From a virus (Duplodnaviria > Caudoviricetes): 52,280 nucleotides of DNA. The notes under the pieces were generated by a model. The model searched no databases. It was not told the origin of the DNA and saw nothing but the letters and a program-made list of their open reading frames with translations. Made by a program: the position numbers and the translations under genes. This document shows positions 1-9,092 of this stretch, one piece after another. Positions within the stretch are counted from its first letter, which is position 1. The number at the start of each line of letters is the position of its first letter. The stretch lies in IMG/VR virus record IMGVR_UViG_3300042940_003066, positions 1 to 52,280 of that record, one strand, 5' to 3'.

Positions 1-796
1 TGTTATATGCACCAGGAGCATCTTGCCCATATACTTGTTGATCTTGCCACTTAATAAAATTTCTTGGCTTTTCATTATTCCATTCAGCCACAGTGACATA
101 TTTTCCAGGAGTTGATGGTGGTCTAGTGGTCCATCCAAAATTATAATTTGGAGCAAACTCACCCCTGGCTAAACTTAAAGCAGATGGAAAAGATTCTAAT
201 CCATTCTTGTCAACAGCAGTAACTGTATATGTCCAGCCTTCACCAAATATAAGCTGGCTTACTGTAAATGAATTAGTATTGGAAGAACCAATCTTTTGAC
301 TATATCTATAAATATTATAAGATACAGCATCAGAATTAGCGTCCCAAACCAATTGATCATAAGCACCATTATTCCATAATCCAAATGTTCTTAAGTTAGT
401 GGGAGCTTCGGGATTCTTAAGATCTAATAAAGGGATAATCGCAGTAGATTTATTTGAAAATTGTAAGTATCCACTAGGCACTACACCACAAACATAATAG
501 TCCCATTTTTGCTGATACTTGACATTTCTATCAATGAAAATATTCTCATTATTTGTAAGTTTGGCATAAGGTTGATTGTAATTTGGCTTTACACCTTTCT
601 CAACTCTATATATAAAATAGCGAGTACATTTGGGTATCAAATCCCATCTCATTTTGACGTGATAATTAGATGGAGTACCAACACAGTAGCACAGCTCCAC
701 TTGCGAAGAAAAGTTCTTCACTTGTGGTGGTTTTTGACCATATACCATAGAACATATGGTGTATAAAAACACAGATAAAACAATAGCTTTATTCAT
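1..796 (-). CDS. Secreted fibronectin type III-like repeat protein, runs off the window edge
   Basis: Not in ORF track; manual translation from ATG at 796 (GGGGGA RBS) gives MNKAIVLSVFLYTICSMVYGQ signal peptide, then FN3-like segments (PEAPTNL...WDANSDAVSYNIYR...YTVTAVDKNGLES). Confidence 0.75.
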   Translation of the reverse strand, partial: MNKAIVLSVFLYTICSMVYGQKPPQVKNFSSQVELCYCVGTPSNYHVKMRWDLIPKCTRYFIYRVEKGVKPNYNQPYAKLTNNENIFIDRNVKYQQKWDYYVCGVVPSGYLQFSNKSTAIIPLLDLKNPEAPTNLRTFGLWNNGAYDQLVWDANSDAVSYNIYRYSQKIGSSNTNSFTVSQLIFGEGWTYTVTAVDKNGLESFPSALSLARGEFAPNYNFGWTTRPPSTPGKYVTVAEWNNEKPRNFIKWQDQQVYGQDAPGAYN

Positions 797-833
797 TTAA
801 TCCCCCCCAGGTTTAATCTATAGCTATTGTTTT

Positions 834-859
834 ATTCTTGGTTTAAGGTTGAGATACTT
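834..859 (-). promoter_or_regulatory. AAG-N18-AGAAT putative late/alternative-sigma promoter
   Basis: Same motif and 18-nt spacing as copies at 9674, 10389, 18647, 23181, 25357. Confidence 0.5.
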
Positions 860-1088
860 ATAGATGCAAGTCTAAATCATCATCAATAACTTCCCAAGTG
901 TGTCCTGAGTTATCCAGTATATGAAGATTATTTTTAAGATATTCATTAAAATCAGGGTAGTATAAATTCCCCGAAGAATCATAAAGACTGTTTTCTTTTA
1001 AATAAATATAATAATCCTTTGTCCATGTTCTCATCTGGATTTTATAACCATCTTTTAAAAATACTAATATTCTTGAAAATAAAAACAT
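858..1088 (-). CDS. DUF2829/Tad2-like small protein (divergent)
   Basis: LKDGYKIQMRTW near N-terminus and TWEVI near C-terminus. Confidence 0.45.
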   Translation of the reverse strand: MFLFSRILVFLKDGYKIQMRTWTKDYYIYLKENSLYDSSGNLYYPDFNEYLKNNLHILDNSGHTWEVIDDDLDLHL

Positions 1089-1139
1089 TTTATTTTATTT
1101 TTTCCAATACAAATACACACATTTTTTACCTCAATATTT

Positions 1140-1400
1140 CTAATATGATAAATGAACAGTTGCAATACCATTGGGAATTCTAGAAACAGAACCTACAAAT
1201 TCTGATCCTTCAAATGACAATGGAAAATAAACTCTATTTTTTGTCCACACTGTGAATGGAACACCTTCACTTACATTAGAATCATTATCAAAATAATAAT
1301 CTAACCATTTTCCATCAGCTGGAGCCATCATAGCAATGTTTTTCCATAATTCATTTTGAATTTCAAACTCTTCTTCTAATAATTTTCTCCAAGTAGTCAT
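1140..1400 (-). CDS. Hypothetical phage protein
   Basis: Clean ORF with -10-like TAAAAT just before ATG; FTVWTKNRVYFP motif. Confidence 0.65.
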   Translation of the reverse strand: MTTWRKLLEEEFEIQNELWKNIAMMAPADGKWLDYYFDNDSNVSEGVPFTVWTKNRVYFPLSFEGSEFVGSVSRIPNGIATVHLSY

Positions 1401-1420
1401 ATTTATATTTTACCGAGTCT

Positions 1421-2593
1421 TTGTATAAAAATTCTATGATACTTTTTGTCAATGTAAAAATCACAAACATTAGAATACATAAATCTATGGGTTGGAATTA
1501 TAGAAAATGTGATTGGATGCCAGAAGATGATCGATTAGATACATTTAAGTATGCATTGGCAAGTCTTAATGAATTAAGTAGTTTGTTTAGTAAAATTTAT
1601 ATATTTGCATCTCTTGAAGATGATTTTGAAGACAGAAAAGATGAGTTTAAATCTTTTTGTAAAAATCTATTTGCAGAAAATATTGATAATGTCTTTATAG
1701 GGGCTAGAAGAATCAATTCTATAGCTGATTGGAGAGAAATATATCCTCAGATATTCCAGGATGAAAAAGAAGTAATTCTTTTTGTAGGAAATGATGATCA
1801 CATTTTTTTAGATAGCAATCTGGACACAATGAAGGGTCTTGAAAAACAATTAAAAAATGACCCTGACCCAATGGCATTTTCCATATATTCACATTATCCA
1901 GAATGCAGCAGATTTATGATGTTGAATAATCCAGAACCTACTGATGATCCAAACATTATGAAAGCGAAACATTTAAGCAATGATTTTTCATTTCAAATGT
2001 TTAAAGTTGCAAGATTAAAAACTACAATATTTGAAATTGATTTTGAAAAAGATGTCAGAATACACAGATTTGATGAAGTAAGCACTGAAATTACAAACAG
2101 TCCAATAGGTCACAAATACAAATCAACTTGTTATTATCCTCTCAAAGAACAATTTAGACATTATGATGGATATGGGCATGTTGGTTATTTCAACAATACT
2201 TTCCCACCACTAAATATTCCAATTGGATTTTTTGAAAATAATATAAAAATCAAATATGGTTACTGGCAAAGATTCCCTGATTACACAAATGTAAACCCCA
2301 AAGCACCATTTTTATATGCTCATGACAAATATGGAACAGACTATGGATTTTATATCGGACCAAACAATGATTTGTCAGATATTCCAATGGTAATAAAATC
2401 AAGAATTAGCGAAATAGATTACAATCCTAAATTGAACTTTGAGGAGCTTAAAAATTATAGGAATATAAATTTTATTGAATTATCTAGATGTAAAATATTT
2501 TGCAAAATTGATGAAAAATTAATTCCAGGTGTTTATGAAAATGATTATGAAAATGTTATTCCCATAGAAAATCTTAAGCATTTCCTATTATAA
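1421..2593 (+). CDS. Hypothetical protein, possibly glycosyltransferase-like
   Basis: 390-aa ORF; FVGNDDHIFLD resembles a DxD-type metal/sugar-binding segment. Confidence 0.5.
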   Translation: MYKNSMILFVNVKITNIRIHKSMGWNYRKCDWMPEDDRLDTFKYALASLNELSSLFSKIYIFASLEDDFEDRKDEFKSFCKNLFAENIDNVFIGARRINSIADWREIYPQIFQDEKEVILFVGNDDHIFLDSNLDTMKGLEKQLKNDPDPMAFSIYSHYPECSRFMMLNNPEPTDDPNIMKAKHLSNDFSFQMFKVARLKTTIFEIDFEKDVRIHRFDEVSTEITNSPIGHKYKSTCYYPLKEQFRHYDGYGHVGYFNNTFPPLNIPIGFFENNIKIKYGYWQRFPDYTNVNPKAPFLYAHDKYGTDYGFYIGPNNDLSDIPMVIKSRISEIDYNPKLNFEELKNYRNINFIELSRCKIFCKIDEKLIPGVYENDYENVIPIENLKHFLL

Positions 2594-3184
2594 TTTCAAA
2601 GAAGTGAAATCAAATTGCATACCGTTCCAATAAGAATTTCTAAATTCTTGTATGCATTCATAATATTCGTATCTATCATCAAATTGAAATATCACTGGGT
2701 CACATCCAAGTTCAACTAATACTTTATTAAATAGCAATCTTCCAGTGCGACCATTGCCATCTATAAAAGGATGTACCACTTCAAACATGTTATGAGATGC
2801 CCAAGCAATATTGTAAGCAGATTTCTTATCCTGGCATGAATCCATCCACTTTTTAGTGCATTCATACCATTGCGTCATCAATGATGGTAATAAAACAAAT
2901 TTAGGGCACATATCTATGCCTATCCAAACTGATGTAGTTCTATATTGCCCACTCATATTGCAATCTTCAAAAAATGGTATACCCTTTGTCAATAGCCTGT
3001 GAACATCTAAAGGAGTAGATTCTTTCAATTCAAAATCACTAGACAATGCAAAATTCAATGCGCTCATATGATTTTCGTACATGGGGCAGCCACTAGAATT
3101 TCCTAGATACCCAGGTTGAGGATCTATACGGTTGCTCTCACTTACAAAAAGCTCTTTCCAATTTAAAAAATCAGGATTAGTCAT
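2588..3184 (-). CDS. Fic domain protein (AMPylase family)
   Basis: Canonical HPFIDGNGRTGR motif. Confidence 0.92.
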   Translation of the reverse strand: MTNPDFLNWKELFVSESNRIDPQPGYLGNSSGCPMYENHMSALNFALSSDFELKESTPLDVHRLLTKGIPFFEDCNMSGQYRTTSVWIGIDMCPKFVLLPSLMTQWYECTKKWMDSCQDKKSAYNIAWASHNMFEVVHPFIDGNGRTGRLLFNKVLVELGCDPVIFQFDDRYEYYECIQEFRNSYWNGMQFDFTSLKL

Positions 3185-3300
3185 TTTTTAATTATACCAT
3201 CAAAAACCCCAAAGAATTTTTATTTTAATTTTAGAATATTACCGAAGTTTCATGATGGGAATCTATTTATTTTTTTATATCTGTAAGGTATAATCTCGCT

Positions 3301-4059
3301 ATGCACGAATATAAGAATCTTGATTGTCTCGAATATCTTAAAACATTACCAGATAATTCTATTGATCTAATTCTCACAGATCCACCATATTTTATTGGCT
3401 ATGATGGTGGCAAAGGATGGGATAAACAATGGACTTCAGATGAAACCTATCTAATATGGTGCGAATCTTGGTCAAAAGAATGTGCTAGGGTGCTTAAGCC
3501 CAACAAAATGATGTGTGTATTTGGTACTTTGAAATACAACACTTTTCTAAGATACAAATTAGAAATTCTTGACAAACTTCCCGATTTCCATTCACAAAAT
3601 GAAATAATATGGTCTTACAATTGGGGAGGAAGAAGCAAAACTAATTTTGCCAGAAAACATGAATATATTTGGTGCTACTCAAAAGAAAAAACTTTCTTAT
3701 TCAATGAAGATGCTGTAAGAAAAGAAAGAAAGCAAAAGATTAATATCCGAACAGGAGAAGAATATGATAAAGGCACTATTCCAACTTGTGTTTGGGAAAA
3801 AAATAATCACACCACTTCAAAAGAATATTGCAACTGGCATCCAACACAAAAACCATTAGAGATTTTAGAAAGATTAATCAAAGCATATACAAAAACTGGT
3901 GATGTGGTTTTAGATCTCTTTGCTGGTTCTGCTTCTGTAATGATTGCATGTGACAATACAGAAAGAGTATTTAAAGGCTGTGAAATGGATGATGAATATT
4001 ATGAAAAATCCATAGCAAGATTCACAACACTCACTGGTAAAGCATTTAATGTTAAGTAA
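3301..4059 (+). CDS. DNA N4/N6 methyltransferase, beta class
   Basis: DLILTDPPY, HPTQKP and VLDLFAGSAS motifs in beta order. Confidence 0.93.
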   Translation: MHEYKNLDCLEYLKTLPDNSIDLILTDPPYFIGYDGGKGWDKQWTSDETYLIWCESWSKECARVLKPNKMMCVFGTLKYNTFLRYKLEILDKLPDFHSQNEIIWSYNWGGRSKTNFARKHEYIWCYSKEKTFLFNEDAVRKERKQKINIRTGEEYDKGTIPTCVWEKNNHTTSKEYCNWHPTQKPLEILERLIKAYTKTGDVVLDLFAGSASVMIACDNTERVFKGCEMDDEYYEKSIARFTTLTGKAFNVK

Positions 4060-4157
4060 TCTTAATAGGAAATTTCAAAGTTATATTGTATTATATAGTT
4101 AGAGCATCGAAGCCCTATTCTTTATTGAATAGGGTTTTTTTATTTGGGGAGGTACTT

Positions 4158-4397
4158 ATGAAACTAAACTTTGAAAAAATTGTGTTTTATTTAATGTTGG
4201 TGTTAATCAGTGGTAGCATTGGATATGCTTTGAAGCCTGTAGAGCAAGTTGATCAAAAAGAACTTGAAAGAAAATATCAAAATCAACAACAAGTATGCAC
4301 TGCTGCTATACACATGATGGCAGATATTTCTAAAAAAAATTATTATCAGCCTAAATCTAAAAAAGATTTGGCAATAGAAAGAATGATGAGCAGATGA
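4158..4397 (+). CDS. Small membrane-anchored hypothetical protein
   Basis: GGAGG RBS before ATG 4158; N-terminal hydrophobic helix. Confidence 0.6.
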   Translation: MKLNFEKIVFYLMLVLISGSIGYALKPVEQVDQKELERKYQNQQQVCTAAIHMMADISKKNYYQPKSKKDLAIERMMSR

Positions 4398-4582
4398 AAA
4401 TAACACTTCTAGACCTACATATCAACTTAATTGTTGACAATATCAAGAATCCAAAGGTAAAATAATACTATGAAAAACCAATCTAAGGTAGTAAATTTCA
4501 TTTTTAGTTTCGTAGTTGCATTTGCAATTATTACAATTCTAAAGGTTGCATGTGATTAGTTTTGTGGTATAATAAATTGTAG

Positions 4583-4656
4583 CGCGGGATGGAGCAGTTT
4601 GGTAGCTCGGTAGTCTCATAAATTACAGGTCGGGGGTTCAAATCCCCCTCCCGCAC
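4583..4656 (+). tRNA. tRNA-fMet(CAT), initiator-like, atypical anticodon stem
   Basis: Cloverleaf CGCGGGA/TCCCGCA with C1:A72 mismatch, A11:U24, loop CTCATAA; no encoded CCA. Confidence 0.85.
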
Positions 4657-4660
4657 TTGA

Positions 4661-4941
4661 TCCAACTTAGCTCAGCGGTAGAGCAATCGGCTGTAAACAG
4701 ATAGCAGCTTATTAAAGTAATTTAGTATAGAAAATTGTCGAAATTCAGTGAAAACTAAGTCGAAAGATATGTCAACACTGAGCCAAGCCCGTAAGGGAAG
4801 GTGCAGAGACTATAATGACGACATCCTACTAGGTAATGCTAAGGATGATGGTATAGTCCAGACTACAAACAGATTATCTGGTAGTGAAAACTATAGTAGT
4901 AAGTAACCGATCGGTCGCTGGTTCGATCCCAGCAGTTGGAG
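4661..4941 (+). tRNA. tRNA-Asn(GTT) interrupted by a group I intron (exons 4661-4694 and 4904-4941)
   Basis: Joined exons give acceptor TCCAACT/AGTTGGA, anticodon arm ATCGG-CTGTTAA-CCGAT, T arm GCTGG-TTCGATC-CCAGC, discriminator G. Confidence 0.92.
4695..4903 (+). ncRNA. Group I self-splicing intron (IC3-like, 209 nt, no ORF)
   Basis: 5' exon ends in U, intron ends in G; P1 GGCTGT/GCAGCT with U-G wobble; P/Q/R/S-like cores AAATTCAGTGAAA, AACACTGAGCC, GTGCAGAGACTA, GGTATAGTCC. Confidence 0.92.
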
Positions 4942-5057
4942 CTAATAAATCCCCATGCAAAAGTATGGGGATTTATTTATTTACAAGGTATAATTCATTT
5001 TGATACGAACAATTAATGGTAGTATAGTAAAAAATACTACCAAAGGAAATTATTAAT

Positions 5058-5816
5058 ATGAAGAAATGCAAAAACTGTGAAAATACAATACCCTCAAGAA
5101 TTTATTTAGAAGGACAGTTAAAATCCACTAATAATCGTTTGTATTGTTTCGAATGTTCGCCATTCAATCAACATAATACAAAACAATTGAATTTAACAGA
5201 AGAAAAACCAGTAATGAACACTTGTCGTATTTGTGAAAAAGATTATCCAGGAGGGCATCAACAGCATAAAAATATTTGCAATACTTGTCGGACAACTCGA
5301 TCAAGACAAAATAAAAAACTTAAAGCAGTTGAATATATGGGTGGTAAATGTATAGTTTGTAATTATGACAAATGTATTTCTGCACTGCACTTTCATCACA
5401 TAGAACCACACGAAAAAGAATTTGGTTTTTCCAGCAATATGACCAAGCCATTTGAAGTTTTACAAATTGAACTTAATAAATGTATTATAGTTTGTTCTAA
5501 TTGTCATTCTGAAATTCACGCAGGTTTCTTAGAAATAGATGAATATGTTTCTCTTCAAAATGAAATCAGGCAAACTTATATTCCAGAAACAAAGCCAGTA
5601 GTGAATTATGCACCTGTTATAAAAATATCTAAAAGACCTGATAAAGAAGTTTTAAAAAAGTTAGTATGGGAAATGCCTTGTGTGAAAATTGGAGAAATGT
5701 TTGGTGTTAGTGATAATGCAGTAAATAAATGGTGTAAATATTACGGAATTAAAAAACCAGGTCGAGGAGATTGGGAAAAAATTAAATTTGGGAAGCTTGA
5801 AATCCCAAAAAAATAA
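5058..5816 (+). CDS. Free-standing HNH homing endonuclease with zinc-binding motifs and C-terminal HTH-like region
   Basis: GGKCIVC...LHFHH...KCIIVCSNCHSEIH; multiple CxxC; KIGEMFGVSDNAVNKW. Confidence 0.85.
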   Translation: MKKCKNCENTIPSRIYLEGQLKSTNNRLYCFECSPFNQHNTKQLNLTEEKPVMNTCRICEKDYPGGHQQHKNICNTCRTTRSRQNKKLKAVEYMGGKCIVCNYDKCISALHFHHIEPHEKEFGFSSNMTKPFEVLQIELNKCIIVCSNCHSEIHAGFLEIDEYVSLQNEIRQTYIPETKPVVNYAPVIKISKRPDKEVLKKLVWEMPCVKIGEMFGVSDNAVNKWCKYYGIKKPGRGDWEKIKFGKLEIPKK

Positions 5817-5834
5817 GGTATAATAATCACATAT

Positions 5835-5907
5835 GGTCTGTTAGTCGAGTGGTTAAGATGCGTCCCTTTCACGGATGAGACCAGGGGTTCGATCCCCCTA
5901 CAGACTA
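5835..5907 (+). tRNA. tRNA-Glu(TTC)
   Basis: Cloverleaf, anticodon loop CTTTCAC, GGTTCGATCC T arm. Confidence 0.92.
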
Positions 5908-5926
5908 TTGTATAATTAAAATATAG

Positions 5927-5997
5927 TTTCCGGTCGTTCAATGGTAGGACAGAGGTTTTTGGTGCCTTTAATTGGAGTTCGAATCTCTACCGGAAAA
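5927..5997 (+). tRNA. tRNA-Gln(TTG)
   Basis: Acceptor TTTCCGG/CCGGAAA, loop TTTTGGT, GTTCGAATC. Confidence 0.85.
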
Positions 5998-6092
5998 TTT
6001 ATCATGATAAGTCTTTATTTTGTATAGATTTACTCTCATGATTTTTGTAATTTAAAATTAGCAAATATTTCTAGATAAGAAATGATTAGTGA

Positions 6093-7460
6093 ATGAAAGA
6101 CACTCTTTATAAAGCCAATATTGTTAGGGAAAAAATGATGAAAGTTTGTGCTAATTTCATACAAACAGATATTGATTATCAACATATTTCCACTAATTCT
6201 AACAACTTACTTTCTGTATCTGTTGTAGCAGGCGAGCATGATTGGTACAGAGCAAGAGTTCCATATAAAAACTTGGGAGACAATGATTGCACTGTTAGTA
6301 TTTGTTGTTATCCAAGAGCCCAGCAAATATCAGTTCTTAATGGATGCAAGTTCATTATTGCACCAAAAGTAATTGATAACAAAAATTTCCCAGTGATTAA
6401 AGAAATAGCTGAAAAAAATAACTCAGTTCTCATATTTGATCTTGATGATAACTATCATTATGTTGATAGGGAAAATCCAAGCTTTCATTTTTTTGATCAA
6501 GATCTTGAACAGGGAAAAATAAATATTGAAATATTAGAAAATAACATTTCATCATCAGATTTTGTTTTTTATTCAACTAGAGAATTAATGGCATACTATA
6601 AGCATTTGAACCTAAATTGCTCATTTTTACCAAATTACATAGATATAAAAGATAGATATTCATTTGATTCAAAATTTGATTGGAAAACTTATGCTTCTAA
6701 GCAAGGCTGCAAAGTAGACGAAAATAGTTTGCTGATTGGTTTTTTTGGATCCAGTAGTCATATAACAGACTTGAATGAAATCATAGAACCTATAATTCAA
6801 ATCTTAAGAGAATATGATAATGTATTTTTTGGTATTCTTTGTGAATTTGACATGGCAATGAATGTGTGTATGAGAAATCACAAAGTGCCAGCAAACAAGT
6901 TGGTGTTTTTTGACTGCCAGCCTTTTACTGATTATCCTCATAAAATATCATCTTTTGATATAGGTTTAGCTCCAGTTGTAAATACAATTTTTGGTAGATG
7001 TAAATCTGCTTTAAAATTATATGAATATGGAGCTTTATCTATTCCATATGTTGCTTCTAAAGTTGCAAACAATCAACGATTTCATGTTGAAAGTAATGGA
7101 ATAGGTGGTTTTATATCAAATGATAGTGAAGATTGGTACAATAACATCAAAAAACTCATTGATAATAAAGAATTAAGACAATCAATGGGTGAAAAATTAA
7201 AAGATTATATAATTGATAATCATGATGTCAATCACTCTTTAAGACCTTTGGTCGATACCTTTGATACAATATATAGCAATAAGTTAAGAAAATTTAATCA
7301 TCCATCTCCTTATGATTTGGCAGACTGCCATGATGGAATACCAGAAGTAAAAACTTCTTATAAAGATAATGATTTTTGCCCCTGTGGTTCAGGAGATTTA
7401 TATATTAATTGCAATAATGATTGTTATCCAGCATGGGGTACAGTTTTACATAGTGTATAA
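6093..7460 (+). CDS. GT-B (family 4-like) glycosyltransferase with C-terminal SEC-C-like motif
   Basis: IFDLDDN, FDIGLAPV...KSALKLYEYGALSIPYVAS; C-terminal NDFCPCGSG...C. Confidence 0.85.
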   Translation: MKDTLYKANIVREKMMKVCANFIQTDIDYQHISTNSNNLLSVSVVAGEHDWYRARVPYKNLGDNDCTVSICCYPRAQQISVLNGCKFIIAPKVIDNKNFPVIKEIAEKNNSVLIFDLDDNYHYVDRENPSFHFFDQDLEQGKINIEILENNISSSDFVFYSTRELMAYYKHLNLNCSFLPNYIDIKDRYSFDSKFDWKTYASKQGCKVDENSLLIGFFGSSSHITDLNEIIEPIIQILREYDNVFFGILCEFDMAMNVCMRNHKVPANKLVFFDCQPFTDYPHKISSFDIGLAPVVNTIFGRCKSALKLYEYGALSIPYVASKVANNQRFHVESNGIGGFISNDSEDWYNNIKKLIDNKELRQSMGEKLKDYIIDNHDVNHSLRPLVDTFDTIYSNKLRKFNHPSPYDLADCHDGIPEVKTSYKDNDFCPCGSGDLYINCNNDCYPAWGTVLHSV

Positions 7461-7481
7461 ATAAATAGGTTGATTTTTCAA

Positions 7482-7553
7482 GCCTCTGTAGCTCAAAGGT
7501 AGAGCAATGGTTTTGTAAACCATTTGTTGCAAGTTCGATTCTTGTCGGAGGCT
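7482..7553 (+). tRNA. tRNA-Thr(TGT)
   Basis: Acceptor GCCTCTG/CGGAGGC, anticodon arm ATGGT-TTTGTAA-ACCAT. Confidence 0.92.
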
Positions 7554-7575
7554 TCCTGTATTATGGAAAAATACC

Positions 7576-7797
7576 ATGTCACTTAGCGAAGCTTTAATTG
7601 AAATAAAACAAAATAAGATTATAAGAAGAATTCATTCAAACACTTCTTATTGCTTTGATGTTAATACCAAAAAGTTTGGTATGATGATAAAATATAATGT
7701 TCACGAGGGTGTGAAGTACGATATCAAATATGCACAACGAGATACTTTAAGTTTTTATGCTGATGATCTTTTGGCTGACGATTGGATAGTAGAATAA
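7576..7797 (+). CDS. DUF2829/Tad2-like small protein
   Basis: MSLSEALIEIKQNKIIRR ... DDLLADDWIVE signature. Confidence 0.65.
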   Translation: MSLSEALIEIKQNKIIRRIHSNTSYCFDVNTKKFGMMIKYNVHEGVKYDIKYAQRDTLSFYADDLLADDWIVE

Positions 7798-8151
7798 ATG
7801 ACAAAAGTACATGCAGAAGAAATTAAAAATAGAATAGAAGATTTAAACAAAAGATATGCTCCTATTAAATTAAATTTCAAAATGTATCCAAGTCATCATC
7901 CTCTTGATGATGACAATTGGTTTGTAACTATAGTTTACAATTACACCGAAAATGAATGGATGACATTTTACGGTTTGACTCATAGTTACGCTCAAGTTAT
8001 GGATAAACTTTCTGGATATCAGTTTGCAATGGAAGCAGTGCAAGCTTATAACGAAGAATATGGTTCATTAAATCTAGACAAAACTCCACCAAAAGAAAAT
8101 GTTCAATCTGAAAGAGCTCCTGAGTCTGATGAATGGTGGCATCAGTCATAA
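7798..8151 (+). CDS. Hypothetical protein
   Basis: ORF abutting previous gene. Confidence 0.6.
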   Translation: MTKVHAEEIKNRIEDLNKRYAPIKLNFKMYPSHHPLDDDNWFVTIVYNYTENEWMTFYGLTHSYAQVMDKLSGYQFAMEAVQAYNEEYGSLNLDKTPPKENVQSERAPESDEWWHQS

Positions 8152-8467
8152 TGTGATATAATAAACATATGAACGAAACAATTTTATTATCAATTTTATT
8201 TGCTTTAGTAGCAATTTTATTCGTCTTGTTATTTGTCATAATTTTTCAGACTAAAAAAATCTTGAAATCTTACGATAATAATTTTGAAACATTGAATAAA
8301 AAGACAGCAAAAATGGTGGAGTAGATATGAATATTATCACTGCAACTTGGATTAACTGTTCTATTATTTTTGTATCTGTTATGGCATTTTCTCTCTATAT
8401 GAATTATCGTTTAAATAGATTGATAAAGATGTTAGACTCTATGATTACAGATAGACCTGAATAAACT

Positions 8468-8791
8468 ATGAACGAACGTGAATGGGTTGAAAAAATCAAA
8501 AAAGAATGTGTATTAAATATTGGTAATTTTGACAGTAGGTATGCCATTCAATTAATTGGTAGGTCTGGAAGTAGAATTGGAATTGTTTCTTTAAATAAAA
8601 AATTCACAAGTGTTGATATTATTGACAAAGAAAAATATGAAAAGTTTTATGACAATTTCTATTCCAGAAATAACAAAGAAGCTCGCGCTCCATTAGTTAT
8701 TGATTATCATTTGCAACATTCAATCGGTAAAAATGGATTTCAAGAACTTTGGAATTTTTACTACAAAAAAATAAAATCAAAAGGAAATTAA
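8468..8791 (+). CDS. Hypothetical protein
   Basis: ORF in co-directional run. Confidence 0.55.
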   Translation: MNEREWVEKIKKECVLNIGNFDSRYAIQLIGRSGSRIGIVSLNKKFTSVDIIDKEKYEKFYDNFYSRNNKEARAPLVIDYHLQHSIGKNGFQELWNFYYKKIKSKGN

Positions 8792-8792
8792 C

Positions 8793-9065
8793 ATGGATTT
8801 AACTACGCAAATATTGACATGGATTCTGATTCTGCTTATTGCATATGGATGCGGAACTTGGGCAAACAGAAAAGGTTATAACTTTTGGGCTTGGTTTTTT
8901 GGTGGAAGTTTATTAGGCGCTATTGTTCTTTTATTCATGCCTAATGTAAATGATTTAGAAGAAGACAAACGAGCTAAACAAATTAATACTGGAAATACTG
9001 CTGGTATTATTTTAGCTGTAGCATCTTTTGTTTGGGGTTTAGCTCAAGGGGTTTACAAACAATAA
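8793..9065 (+). CDS. Small three-helix membrane protein
   Basis: Three hydrophobic segments; ANRKGYNFWAWFF. Confidence 0.7.
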   Translation: MDLTTQILTWILILLIAYGCGTWANRKGYNFWAWFFGGSLLGAIVLLFMPNVNDLEEDKRAKQINTGNTAGIILAVASFVWGLAQGVYKQ

Positions 9066-9092
9066 AAAAGGGGAGATTTTCTCCCCTTTTTT
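9064..9092. terminator. Bidirectional intrinsic terminator
   Basis: A-tract, GGGGAGA/TCTCCCC stem, T-tract between convergent genes. Confidence 0.8.

Noticed and set aside
509-766. Plus-strand 85-aa ORF
   Set aside because: Antisense shadow of the FN3-like gene on the minus strand.
4661-4710. tRNA-Tyr(GTA) from the unspliced CTGTAAA loop
   Set aside because: No 3' half follows directly; removing 4695-4903 gives a complete tRNA-Asn.
5741-5941. Minus-strand 66-aa ORF
   Set aside because: Overlaps tRNA-Glu, tRNA-Gln and the HNH end; spurious.
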